NCBI GenBank assembly: GCA_904063045.1
Contig: CAJFCJ010000013.1
Coordinates: 1,036,156 to 1,100,155 of the forward strand
Source of the DNA: Dimorphilus gyrociliatus
Taxonomy: Eukaryota; Animalia; Annelida
Direction: 5' to 3'
Length of the DNA: 64,000 nucleotides
Shown here: one piece after another, positions 11,497 to 24,386 of the stretch
Numbering within the stretch: the first letter of the stretch is position 1
Layout of the letters: every line of letters begins with the position of its first letter
Program-made: the position numbers and the translations under genes
Notes under the pieces: model-generated
What the model saw: only the letters and a program-made list of their open reading frames with translations
Told to the model about the DNA's origin: nothing
Databases searched by the model: none

Positions 11497-11616
11497 AAGA
11501 ATACGGCACCCAGTGTTCCCAGGCGGTCTCCCATCCAAGTACTGACTGGGCCGTACGTCATTTAACTTCGGTGATCGGACGAGAACCGGTGCTTGTAACG
11601 TCGTATGGCCGTATAC
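11497..11616 (-). rRNA. 5S rRNA, canonical type
   Basis: Identical core, T-run; last intact copy of the cluster. Confidence 0.97.
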
Positions 11617-13234
11617 AATTAACTACTTAAATTTGCGCTATTTAAAAGAAGTGAAGTTTATCACGAAACTATTTTATATTAAAGTACTTAAACTATCAAT
11701 TCTATCATACTAAAAATATTGTGAATTTGTTGTGTAATTTGGATATTTGTATATATTGTATCCTGTTGATTATCTAAATCAGTAATGATTTAAAGTTTGT
11801 TTATTTTTTAAAACCATTCAGCTCTCCCGGTTCCTTTGTTTTTTATGAGAGTTTGTTGAAGAATTCTTTTTTATATTGTAAAACAATTAAAATAAATAAG
11901 ACGTTTGTTTATAGAGTAGAGGCACTGTATACTTCAGTGCAACGTTTGTAAGTTGTTAATTTAAAAATTAATATCTATATTTTATTTGTGAGCTTTCTAG
12001 AGAAAGACCTGAATTGTTCTTTGACCTGAATTTGTTTTTTTTTCGTTCTTCATTTTTCTTCAGAGAATGTTTTTAATTTTTGTCATCTTGTTATTTACTT
12101 TTGAAATTATTATCTATAAATTTGTATAATATAATATAGATGGCGTTACTTAACCAGGCATGAAACGATGTACATCTTATTTAAGTTTATTTGGGTGTAT
12201 TTTTTTAATTATTTATAAAGTATTACATTGATCGTAAGAATTTTTAATCCGATTTCTGCTTATTAATTTTCGCTAAAATTTACAAAAGAATTGTTTGATA
12301 CATTACGCCATCTGCAATGAGATTATTAAAAATCGCCAATAACTCATAATTTACTTCTCTCATCATCAAGAAAAACAATAAGATATTTAAAAGAAAAGAT
12401 ATAGAACCGATAAAACAAAAGATCAATCCATGCACTCCCCGTAGAAAGCCCTTCTCCCTTTTTAGGCAGTTTATATTGCATCAATTATCGTTTTGTTTGT
12501 TCTGTGATCGAACTCTCAGCTATGAGTAAGCAACATGCTTGTAGGCGTCTTAACTTAGTATTTAAATCAGGTCTCTTTTTTTTATTAAATTCTTCATTTA
12601 CGTGAAAAAAACTATTTATGTTTGATATATTTTTACCGTATTTCAAATTAATGAAAAAAGAAAAATTTAAAAATTTTCCATTATCGGCGTATTTTAAAAC
12701 ATTTAGATAAGTTTTTCGACTTTTTCGTTGTAAATTGTAAATTAATAAAAAAATTTATATCTTTATTTCTAATAATATATATCATAATGGGTAATATTAA
12801 AGTTAGCCTATTATTAAACTTTTTGCTTAGTTGAAATCAAACTAAAGATGGCGCTGTTTGTACCAGTTTTTTTCCGAAAAAAAATCAACTGCTGGCGTAA
12901 CGTCATTCTCGAGCGGTAAAGTGTTGTAGCTACATTCTACAGACTAACGCGATCTAGTTCACTTTGCGGTTCAAAAGTTAGGCAAGTATTATTAGATATT
13001 GATATTATATATATATGATGATTGGACAATTGTTCATGATTGGACGATTAACTTTACAATGTTATTACATCTTTGGAGTAGGAAGCCACAAGAACCAAAG
13101 ATCTTAAATAAGCGTATTTAAACGTTTAACATTACAAATTTTGGCTTGTCGAACAAGTAAAATAACATGTTTACGTTTATATCTGAATCCAGAGCTAATT
13201 GCGCATGCGCGCTATTTTCCACAGGTATTTCATC

Positions 13235-13612
13235 ATGTCCAAAGGAGGTTTTTTGTGTCAAGCCGCCAACTGCGGAAATAGGTCAACGGATAAAGTTAAG
13301 AGAAAATTTCATAAATTTCCAAACGACCCAGTAATGTGTGTAGTATTAAATTTAATTCAAAGACTATTTTCAAAGATTAATCTTATCACTCCTATAGATG
13401 CAGAAAATGGGTGTTGAATTTGCGAAACAGACTACTGAATCTAGCCTACAAATCGAATCCGGCAATTGTTAAAAACAGAAAAGTATGTTCGGATCATTTT
13501 TATATTACTGACTACGCCAGCTACGAAAAGAATAGACTACTACCTCATGCTGTACCAACTATTCTTAAAGTTCCACATCCGCCTCAAACAGTAAAGTTTC
13601 AATTTGCTGATG
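13235..13612 (+). CDS. THAP (C2CH) zinc-finger protein, first two coding exons (13235-13335, 13398-13612); 3' end not resolved
   Basis: Splicing a 62-bp GT-AG intron gives MSKGGFLCQAANC...FHKFPNDPVICRKW...VCSDHF...RLLPHAVPT, with all THAP signature residues (C, C, C, H, FP, W, AVPT). Confidence 0.85.
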
Positions 13613-14368
13613 GTAAGAAAATCTAAAAACGGACTATTTACTATCAATGGTTGGTCAGATCCATTCAGATCTCAGTATTATAGACAACTTTCTTTTGGTT
13701 GGCGGATTGAATAAAATCAATTAAATCTAATTCGTAATAAAATGTACCGACTACTGCCCCATAACCTTATGTTCTATATCGAACATTGCAGACTCTGATT
13801 ACCTATGTTGAATTTTCATTGGTAAAATGTATTAGGATCTCTGTACCAGTCTAGAATTTACCGCCAAAAAATATGTAGATTTTAATATAAAGATATTAAT
13901 AATAGGCGAAAAAACAATATCCATATCGTTATGATGACAATATTAAGTAGGTAAAGTTTGTCGGTTTATTTTATGGTCAATATCAATGACTTTTCTCATC
14001 GTTGCTCTCGTTTTGTTACAATTTTGTATAGTAAAAATTATATGTACTACTATTAAAAGGAGGGTAATTAAATAGCGATATTCTGAACCATTTGAGAGTT
14101 ACAATAGACCGTAAATGGCATTAGCTTACGCTATATAGTCCATGTAAATGGATGGAGAACTTTCTACGGGAACGCCTGGATTGCTCTTTTGCTTTTCTTT
14201 CTTTTTCAATTCTTTCTTTTCTGCATTCCTACATCTTTTTCGAGTTCATTTATTCATAATCATTTTTCAATTATTATCCCGTAGGTGGCGCAAAAAAACA
14301 GCTTTTTTAAGGGTATTCATCTTTCACGATTCGAAGAATAAATAGCGCAAAGTTAAGACAGTCTTTTA

Positions 14369-14454
14369 TTCTCATCCGGTCACTGAAGTTATGTGATGTA
14401 CGGCGCAGTCAGTACATGGATAGGATTTTTTTGGGAACACTGGGTGCCGTATTC
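14369..14454 (+). pseudogene. 5'-deleted 5S pseudogene
   Basis: ttctcatccggtcactgaagttatgtgatgtacggcgcagtcagtacatggatagg...gggaacactgggtgccgtattctttt; upstream element aatagcgcaaagttaag still present at 14341. Confidence 0.85.
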
Positions 14455-17240
14455 TTTTTATCTCCTTTTTTTTTCTTCTGGCATCGTCAAAATTTCTTTT
14501 TAGTCAGGGAAATTTTCGAGTATTCTAATGTTTAAAATTAGGAGATTTTTTCCAGTAATAATACTCGTTACAGGCATTACGCGAAGGATCTTCCCGACTG
14601 TGGGGCCATCTATAGGAATTAATAATAAAATATTAATATTTACAGAGATAGACGCCTTAGAACGCCGAAAATTCGAATAAGTAATTAGAGAAAGCTATTT
14701 AGATGAGAAAAAAAGAAGAAAAAATAACTAAAAGACAAAGAGAGTCCCAGGCGTTCCCTTGGCGTACTCGATCTTTGTCTTTGTGACAAGGAGATGAGCT
14801 AAAGTATAAGTTCGATTTAAAATCGTTTTTCCAACATGAAACTAATATACTACAATGACCAAGTCACAAAGGTGCTTGATGATTTCGACTATTTAAGCAG
14901 GGACTTGAGTACTTTCCATGTATAGACATTTCTTTTGTATCTTTGAATACAAAACGAAACATATGGAAAAAAAAGACGATAAATTGAATGGGAGAATAGG
15001 GGAAAATAAGATAAAGGGGAGTCTAATCAAATGAGTAAGGGATTCGTAAACAGCTAATTAGCGTTATCTTTAAGAAGTATTAATATTTTTTAATTGACTA
15101 ATTGAATACATTATTCTATTTTTTTTATATCTTAAAGATAGGGAAGAAGAGAGGAAAAATCGAAAAAATAATATATTTATCTTCTACTTAAAACATAGAA
15201 CATAGAGTTCTCTGAGAAATTATGATATTTATTGTAGATTTCAGATTATACAGAAATTGAATACGTTAACCACGGGCTGCATTTGGATTTTGAGTCGTCC
15301 TATCTAATCTTTGAATCACTGCAGTAGACATATTTAAAGTTTGTTCAAGCAGGATTTCAATTCTTGGCATCATAGTTTCGAATACAGGTTCAAATTCGGT
15401 TAATGTTTCGGATATACGCTGAAGGACTTCACCTATTCCTTCCAAGGATTTCTCCAAATTTCCGATATCGTGTTCAGCCATTATCAAAAGTCTGTGAGTG
15501 ACGACGCAGCAATAATTTTATACTGTTCAAGTATTCGACTATTTCGAGATTGAGTCCTATTCATTTTGATATTAATAAAAAACATATTAAATCGACAATT
15601 AAAGGGAGTACATGCTAGTCTGTATGTGGGTGGGTGAATGTTAAGGGAATATCTCCAATAATAACTTGCTCTATTAATCATATCAAATATATTATCGACA
15701 GAATAATATTCATCGAATTAATCAGCATCTTCTAATTTATTTCATTATCTAATACATTTTTAATTAATATTCTACATCTATTTATAACTCTTCTTAATTA
15801 TCAAAAATATTGATTAGGATAGAATTATCTTATAGGTTTCTTAATCGATGACGAAGCAAGACTCATTCTCCGTGTTGTAAATGTTAAAGATGAAAGAGTG
15901 AATTCCATTGGGTAATTTTTTTAACCGAATATCGAGAACAATGATCCAGCTAGTTGAAAGTATCAAAGCTACGGGATAAGCGTCAATAGTTGAGCGTTTT
16001 GGATATTGCATTTGACCAATCTATTGAGCTATAATGTTATTTTATTAAAGCTAAATAGAGAGTATAACTTTGACTATTAGAGAGGATTGATCTAAATTTA
16101 TAGTAAGGTACAACTAACAATTAACCACTCATTGAAATACCCAGAATACTCATCGATAAATATAATTGTTCAAATTCTCAGACAGTTAGGTGAGGAGAAG
16201 AGAAATTGATTGACCTAGAAAAGATTGTTAATATTATTTGAGAAGGCTAAAAATATTCTGCGAGTTTTTCAAACAAGGGAAGAAAATAACTAAGTTCTTA
16301 ATTTCACTTGGGGAAAAGCCGATTTATTATAATTCTAGATCGTTTACTATTCCACCCCCTCTAATGAACAGCTGACTTTGGAAAGTGCAGTTCCAGAAAT
16401 TGGTTAACCATAACAATTATCCTAAAGAATTCTTGCAATACTTTTGTCGTCTTAAGCGCAATCATATCTGAAAGTGTTGTTTCTTTCAATAAGCAATAAT
16501 AACATAATAAAAAAGGATGCTACAATACTCACCTCGTCTTACTAGACAAGTCTTCCGACACTGAACAATCACTATGATGGAAATCCTACGTATTGATTAA
16601 TTTGGAAAGGTTCCCCCCACCCCAGCCCTACCCATTTCCTCCCGATTCGCTTGTAAATCAACTGATAGACTTGTCTATCTATTATAAAATATCTAATATT
16701 AGTATAATTAAGACAACTCACTTTCGGCTTATTCTTCGTGTATGAACTATATTTAAAAAAGAACTAATCGCTTTGTTGAAATCCAGATTAGTGGGCTTTT
16801 CTTTAATTAATATTAGAAATAATCCTACTTTCTCCCTACTTTGTAATAAACATCCAAGTGTTACAATGCGTCTCGTAAATAATCAATTTTCATTGTTTAT
16901 CAATGAATATCTTATTATGAATACGATTCCTATTCCTTAATTCTGTAGGGAATATTTGTAAATTTACTAAGAAAAGGTGAAAGTTATTAGTTTTTGATAA
17001 CGCAAGCCACTTTAATAGATAAATAGAATGCAAAAGACGTGATTTCTGTATGTCATACGGCGAGTAGAGAAATTTTAACTCGAATTTATTACTTTTTTTG
17101 TACAAAACTTGAAAACTTAATTGGAAAAATTTCAAAACTAATTCAAGTAAACAATTATTTTTTGGTGTAGGCATATGAATTGGGATTGTGGCTTGAGGCA
17201 GCAAGGCTCTGGGAATATCAAAATTTCAAGCGACCAACCG

Positions 17241-18614
17241 CTAATGTACTATCTCCTTTAATTCTCTGTTAAGCTCCAATAGTCTGAGGAAATTTTCGGT
17301 TCCTGTTTGAAAATCGACAGCGATCTCATTGGTGTCGACGGCGTTAATATCTTTTGTATCCAAAAAGTTCGTATTATCCGCCGTCAACACTTGAATAGCG
17401 GAGTAATATAGATCGCCGAGTTCTTCTTTCTTGTTATTCCACCATTGAATGGGATCGGCGTCACTTTGAACGTAAGGCATGGCCATATAACATTTGATCC
17501 TATCGTTAATATAGGCCTGATATTCGACGGGAGAAATTTCTGATCTACACGGATGAATTTCCCCTCTTGAACGTCTTGATTCGTATATTTTCCTGGTAAG
17601 TATTGACAATGATAACTTGACACGACGTATTTCTTCTTTGCTGAAGCTAGTCTCTCTGAAACGAGGATCCAAGAAGGTAGCGACACATAGAAATTTTATT
17701 TTTCGTAAATCTTTCATATTCCACCTGGTTAATTTAGAGATAAGAATATCCAAAAGTTTACTAGCCAAAGGATTAGAATTTTGTCGTAAGATATTTTGTG
17801 CGTCCTCCCAAATTGGAATGTATAATGATAGATAGCCATTTTCAGCAATCAGTTTAACTGTTCCAGTCAAAGTGTGAAAAATTCTGTTGTGCAGATCACG
17901 TAAAATGTTGATCTGGCGGTCGTCGATTAAAGTTGATTGGAATAGAGGATCCTTATAAAGTTCTAGGCATCCGGCAGTGATCACCTCGCTCAAAGAAGCA
18001 ATAACGGGTATTTTATCGTTGAGGGTATAGTGAAGAGGATTCAATCTGAGATCTTTAACCATTATAATATTAGTATTATCTGAAAATAATAATTTCTCGT
18101 CAAGCTTTTGAAGACAGTCTATCTCTTCTCGTCCTTCGTGAATCAAAATTGAATGCTTTCTATTCTCCGAAAAATAATTGATTGTAACACAAACTTTACT
18201 GTCCTGTCCTTGATACACGTTAATTGAATGTGTGTCGGCATTCTGCAGAGATGTACCAACATGACTAATAAAACGATTAATAAGATCCTGAGATCTGTTT
18301 ATGAGTTGAGCTTGTAAATTTTCAAGATTGCAATCAATATCTAGGGCAAATAACATATTAACAAATGTCGCATTATTTATAAATTTACATCCATGATCAT
18401 TTGACATAAAAAACCATAAAAGAGAATTAATTTTATAGTTTGCCGTTTGCTCTACAATAATAAAATAGTTAAATAGCTGGAAGTAAACAAATTTATTTGA
18501 CATCTACCTTCTTGAGTGATGTTATGATTAATTTCATACGCTTTGATTTCCTTCCCATTATAATTTCTCATATGTTGGAACATATTCGTCGTCTTTATAG
18601 CAAATATTACTTGC
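17241..18614 (-). CDS. hAT-transposase-derived (ZBED-like) protein, apparently lacking catalytic motifs; exons 18614-18508 and 18451-17241, 5' end unresolved
   Basis: ATFLDPRF and DPIQWW...LGDLYYSAIQVLT match the hAT C-terminal dimerization region, and VCVTINYF matches the hAT core. An in-frame 56-bp intron lies at 18452-18507. Confidence 0.75.
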
Positions 18615-20194
18615 CTACAATCAAAAAAGAAGAAGAATTGTCAAAATTTTCAAAAATTTTAGAAAATTTCCGTAATTGAGTTGAGTAGTCAGGTTTGCGT
18701 AATGGCTGCTTCTGACCATGCGAATAACAAGAATTGTACACACAGTTCCGGTTAAAAAAAAATAATATTTTTAAATTTCTTTTATTGTTTTCTAAATTTT
18801 CAAATTTTATTGGTAATTTGAAATTTAAAACTTTTCAATGTTTTATCCGAAAATAGCAAATGTTTTTTATGCTATTTTCATCGCCGCCATTAAAATTCTA
18901 GCGCCACCGTCTTGTTTACATCTAGATTTTTATTTAATACGACGATTTATTGGCATATATCAATATATATTCTGAAAGGTATAAAAGCAACATTAAATAT
19001 ATTCTTAAATATTTACTAAATAAAATTTATTTAAATTATTCAAACAGAAAAAAATTAAACTTTCCGTAAAGAATTTGAAATACTTTCGACTTTAGATTCT
19101 TGTTCTTTACTAAAATGTTAACGCAATACCAGAATAGAGTTGACAACATGCCGGGGGAAATCTATTAAATATTAAAGAAACTTCCTATAGTTAAACAAAA
19201 GGTTTGTTGCGCTGAAAGTTGAAAAAGAACAATTTCCTTCTTCGGTCCTCACTTGTTTTGGTAATTGGTTTGTTTATGTCTATACATTTAAACATTGTTT
19301 ATATGTGAAAAAAAAACTTTCTTTGTTTACAGCAAGTTGCCCTACTAATAAACCAGTAATCCATCGCTTATTGGACTAAATGTACACAACTCCTTGACCA
19401 CAAGAAGATACTTAAAATGCCTCTTCGCATTATTAATCAGCTTTAAAACCAAATGTAATGAGTTTGAGTAGACGATGCTGGAGATATCATATAAAGTCTT
19501 TAATTCATCTATAACAATTTTAACGATTTCTAACTGTTTGACAAGCTGAAATTGGTGAAACTATCCACCTTTGGTCAAATATTGCAGATTCTTCAGCTTA
19601 CGCTAAAGATAATACAATATTAATAGAGAAGAAAGTAATGAAACTGTCGGCACAATATCAATAAGATGACCTATTGGCATATAATTTCCATAAGGGGAGA
19701 CGTCGAGATTACTGACTCTAGAAAAGGCAATTTGCATCGATAGATTAAGAGATCTTGATTCTATTTTGTAAAATTCATGGTTAAAAGGTACAAAACTCAC
19801 TCTCTACAATGAATACTCTCTTGGTCAGCTTAATTAGATATATAGATAGAGATAGGGACGATCTAAATGAAAGAGGATTCTCATTGCCTTCTCTTATCTT
19901 GTCACAACAAAGGCAATTCTCCCTACATCTAAGATGCTTTTCTCTTTTAGAATTGTTTGCACTTGAAATCGCAGTGAAAGATAGAAGAAAAAGATTAACA
20001 GGTAAACTTTATATTATCATCTTATGTCAAACCCTATTATTTTACAGACTCCTTTTTCCATACTATTATACTTGGATTCTTGTCCGTTGTTTCAGTTAGT
20101 AAACTAAATAGGGCGTAACGAAAGTATATTATTATCAGTTCTGATAGAATTATTTTAAGTCAGTTCTTGGAAGTAGAGCTTCTAGGAACTTTTG

Positions 20195-20380
20195 GCGACT
20201 GGGTCCCATGCCACTTAACTTTGTTGATCGAACGAGAACCAGTTCTGATTAATTTCATAGGATTGACACTTTTTCTTTGTATTCTACAAAAAATAAAATC
20301 ATTTGGTTGATTCGTTGAACAGCCTCTGAAAAAAGAATACTGGGTACTCAATGTTCCCAGAAGGTCTCTATTTTCTATCA
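20195..20380 (-). pseudogene. Two decayed 5S fragments (about 20195-20246 and 20336-20380)
   Basis: gactgggtcccatgccacttaactttgttgatcgaacgagaaccagt and aagaatactgggtactcaatgttcccagaaggtctc match parts of the 5S reverse complement. Confidence 0.65.
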
Positions 20381-20960
20381 ACCTAGATTTCAGTAGAAAA
20401 GTCATAAACTTAAGTAGTTTAAGTCGATGATGATTTGAAAGGGAGAATACTATCTGCCATTTGCACAAAAAAGAAAGGTTCACCTCTCATCAGGAGAGCT
20501 AATTCGCTTAAAATTCGATCAAAATTTAAACAGAATGCCTGTATGAAAAGTTCTGAATGTATTCTTCTACTGTTTTTTTATTATCTTCATTGTCATTTTA
20601 GACGCAAGTTGTTCCATTTACTTATCGGTCTATCTTTACACTTCGTTTAACTCTTTCCTTGGATATTCGGAGGAAAAATTATGATTAAAAATGAGAGAGG
20701 CAGTCAGTCTTCCCAAGACTTTATCACTGAAATACTAATTCAGTCGTATTGCAGCTTATTTTGCCGATTGGGCGGGACAAAGTTTCTAAACGTTAAATGA
20801 CATTATACAGCATCTTTTCCTGTCAATCTTCCTCCAAAATGTAAATCATTTAGTTGATTAGCTGGAAAAACCGAAAATATTCATTTGAAATGATATTCTG
20901 AACAAAACGAAAATTGGATATTAAGAGAGAGATAAAGAAAGAGAAAGAAAGAGGAAAAAA

Positions 20961-21081
20961 GAATACGGTACCCAGTGTCCTCAGAAAGTCTCCTACTCAA
21001 GTGCTGACTGGGCTGTACGTCATGTAACTTTGGTGATCGGACGAGAACCGGTGCTTATACAAGCACCGTATGGCTGTAAAC
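20961..21081 (-). pseudogene. Type-B-like 5S pseudogene
   Basis: Near full length, carries the type-B helix IV (agaaagtctcctactc) and A65. The 5' region is disrupted by a small insertion and substitutions. Confidence 0.85.
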
Positions 21082-21438
21082 AATAGACTGTCTATAGACT
21101 GGCTATTTATACAACACCTATATCTGATGTCATTCACCATAAGTCTTTAAAGGATACAACGTTCATGTTTCCGTTGAATTGTATATAAGTAATCAGCTTA
21201 ATGTTTTTTCTTAGTTTATTTAGCAAATAAAGAGTACACTTTTTTCGTAAAAATATGTAAATGCAATCAGATTAATTTATAATGCAAAATCATACAGTAA
21301 AGACAAACAATTATCAATTAAACGTTTCATACATAAGCTACTGATTTTTTTCGTTTCTTGAAGTTGATACTTTACAATTTCTTAACACAGTGTGATGCTC
21401 AGGGTTTTTTCTTAGCGTGTTTCTTTGAAGATTTCGCA

Positions 21439-24386
21439 TCATTCGTTTCTCCAGTCTTCTCTAACCCTTTTTTCTGCTGAATCGTCAGGAACTGGAGGAG
21501 GCACGAAAATGAAAGGAGTTGTTGGATTCGGCGGTGTTAAGGGATCTTCCTTAGAATTCGGTGATTCAAATGAAGACATAAGGCTTGTATTGCTAATTCC
21601 TGTCGTCTTCAGATCGTATGATTGTGATCCAAATATTGAACCTGTCTTATTAATTTTCCAAAAAGACATCTTTTTAATCACAGGTGTATTCGGGTCTAAT
21701 TTCAGCACAGGTAACAATTTCTCAGCTTCTTTTGCTAAAGTATACTTGTCGACTTTCTTTGACGTTTCTAAATCCGTTTTTGGCCACTTGGATTTTTTAT
21801 GTCCTTGTTCAATATTTAACTTTCTTTTTTTCGTCTCAAAAGATTTCTTACTAGTGCATGGCGTTTTAGGAAAAGGTTTTTCCAATGCAGTCTTTTTATC
21901 CAGTTCATTACTCACACTTATTTCGTCACCTGCTCTGTGAGTAGACTTCTTTGTCATACGTGACTTTTTCGTATACAGCGCTTCCGATTTACCATTCTCG
22001 AACAGGCTTGGCTTTTCCGCCTTTTTTTGAACAGATTTCTTGCTTTCACGTTGGTCTTTCGGTTTCATCAAAGTGAATTCAACATTCTCAAACAGACTTG
22101 GCTTTTCCACTTTTTTCGGAGTAAATTTCTTGCTTTCACGTTGGTCTTTCGGTTTCATCAAAGTGGATTCAACATTCTCAAACAGACTTGGCTTTTCCGC
22201 CTTTTTCGAAGCAGATTTCTTGCTTACATGTGGTTTTTTCGGATTCATCAGTTTGGAATCAACATTCTCGAACAGGCTTGGCTTTTCCGCCTTTTTTTGA
22301 ACAGATTTCTTGCTTTCACGTTGGTCTTTCGGTTTCATCAAACTGGATTCAACATTCTCAAACAGACTTGGCTTTTCCGCCTTTTTTGGATCAGATTTCT
22401 TGCTTTCATGTTGGTCTTTCGGTTTCATCAAAGTGGATTCAACATTCTCAAACAGACTTGGCTTTTCCACTTTTTTCGGAGTAAATTTCTTGCTTTCACG
22501 TTGGTCTTTTGGCTTCATCATAGTGGATTCAACATTCTCAAACAGACTTGGCTTTTCCGCCTTTTTCGAAGCAGATTTCTTGCTTACATGTGGTTTTTTC
22601 GGATTCATCAGTTTGGAATCAACATTCTCAAACAGACTTGGCTTTTCCGCCTTTTTTGGATCAGACTTCTTGCTTTCACGTTGGTCTTTTGGCTTCATCA
22701 TAGTGGATTCAACATTCTCAAACAGACTTGGCTTTTCCGCCTTTTTTGGAGCAGATTTCTTGCTTTCACGTTGGTCTTTCGGTTTCATCAAAGTGGATTC
22801 AACATTCTCAAACAGACTTGGCTTTTCCACCTTTTCCGAAGCAGATTTCTTGCTTACATGTGGTTTTTTCGGATTCATCAGTTTGGAATCAACATTCTCA
22901 AATAGACTTGGCTTTTCCGCCTTTTTCGAAGCAGATCTCTTTCTTTCACGTTGGTCTTTCGGTTTCATCAAAGTGGATTCAACATTCTCAAACAGACTTG
23001 GCTTTTCCACCTTTTCCGAAGCAGATTTCTTGCTTACATGTGGTTTTTTCGGATTCATCAGTTTGGAATCAACATTCTCAAACAGACTTGGCTTTTCCGC
23101 CTTTTTTGAAGCAGATTTCTTGCTTTCACGTTGGTCTTTCGGTTTCATCAAAGTGGATTCAACATTCTCAAACAGACTTGGCTTTTCCACCTTTTCCGAA
23201 GCAGATTTCTTGCTTACATGTGGTTTTTTCGGATTCATCAGTTTGGAATCAGAGTCTTTGGATCCATATGGCCCTTCAGTTTCCGTCTGCGTGCATTTTA
23301 CACTAGTAAGTGGACTTTTCGGATTCACTAAATTCCAGTTAAAGTTCTGGAATGTACTCAATGTCTTAGCCTCCGTCTGGGTAGATTTATTGCTTGTTGG
23401 TGGCTTTTTCAGATTCACTGATTTCGATATAACGTTCGGGAATATACTTTGTCCTTCAGCCTCCGTCTGGGTAGATTTCATGCTCGTATGTGGCTCTTTT
23501 GAATTCCCTGATTTCGATATAACGTTCTCGAATGTACCTAATCCTTCAGCTTTCATCACGGTAGATTTCTGGCTAGAACGTGGTTGCGACCTAGTCTCCT
23601 TACTGGAACTCTCAAATTTAGCTGACCTTTTCAAATGTGGTGACCTTTTAGTATTATATAAATAGTCAGTGCGAAATTCGAAGCAAGCTAAAGTTCTGGC
23701 AATTTTTTTAGGGGGATAATAATTGTCCAGTGAGTAGCCTTGCTTAGTATTTCTCTCTTTTGGGAAAGGTCTTTTTTGGGGAATTGATAATTTTCGTATC
23801 GGCGCTGGTGAAGATGTGTCGCTCTTGGAGTTTGCTCTCTCTCTCTTATCTGAAATTTTTGGACAGATAATTGGATATATTTTCTGCAGCACTTCACCTT
23901 ACCCGGTGGAATTAATCGGCGAAGAAGGATTTCCATTTTCTCCAGTCGATAACGAAATTCCGCTAGGTCCATTTCTCCACTTGATTCTTTACGTTCCATT
24001 GATATCTGTGCCCAAGTAGGCTTTTGGTTAATCTGCGAACGTGTTTGTTCAGACTTTACATAGTCTGGTACATTTTTATGTACGACTTCTGAACAACTAA
24101 ATTTCTCTTTCCCTAGATATCTTGCCATCCTTTCTTCAACTAACGATATCTTTTTTATGTCCTCTGTGTATTCTCTTAATTCGTTTCGGTTTTCTTTAGG
24201 GTTCATGACGGAATCCGGATACAGGTCGAGCATGGTCTTGTGCAGATATTTTGCAAAGCCTTCCACGTCAATTTTATTAGTGTGGTAGTCTGTCGTGCTG
24301 AATGACAGAAAGTCGCTTATGTTCTGCTGCATTATTCTCCTTTGAACGTCTTTAGCTTGAACCTTAGGCATTTCACTGGCCGCCAT
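21439..24386 (-). CDS. Lys/Ser-rich ~964-aa protein with a 30-aa tandem repeat; exons 24386-23903 and 23849-21439
   Basis: The two long ORFs join in frame across a 53-bp GTAAGG...TTTCAG intron. No recognisable family. Confidence 0.75.
21990..23250 (-). repeat. Coding minisatellite, 90-bp unit x14 (two subtypes), plus ~3 diverged units to about 23550
   Basis: aacattctc recurs every 90 bp (22081, 22171, 22261...). Units KKAEKPSLFENV-ESTLMKPKDQRESKK and -DSKLMNPKKPHVSKK. Confidence 0.97.

Noticed and set aside
158-11616. Near-identical repeats separated by variable spacers, superficially CRISPR-like
   Set aside because: The repeats are 120-nt 5S genes in a eukaryotic context, with spacers of hundreds of bp that are themselves duplicated; no cas genes.
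14140-14180. Additional very weak 5S-like traces (about 6510, 14140, 14745, 25003)
   Set aside because: Similarity is too short or low to distinguish from chance without a covariance-model search.
823-14345. ORFs overlapping 5S genes (823-1158, 5057-5290, 9178-9405, 11358-11561, 14148-14345) with recurring peptides such as GNTGCRILF
   Set aside because: These are translations of 5S rDNA or its relics running into T-rich terminators; they are not proteins.
16610-16645. CCCAGCCCTACCCATTTCC resembling the MITE interior
   Set aside because: The match is too short and there are no TIRs or TSD.
22027-23665. Long plus-strand ORFs (292, 451, 192 aa, etc.) across the 90-bp array
   Set aside because: Shadow frames of a stop-free tandem repeat. 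The minus frame extends well beyond the array and splices to an upstream exon.
23884-23902. 19-nt GTAAGG...CTGCAG micro-intron candidate
   Set aside because: Splicing there leads to a stop within 13 codons; the acceptor at 23850 (53-bp intron) restores the long frame.
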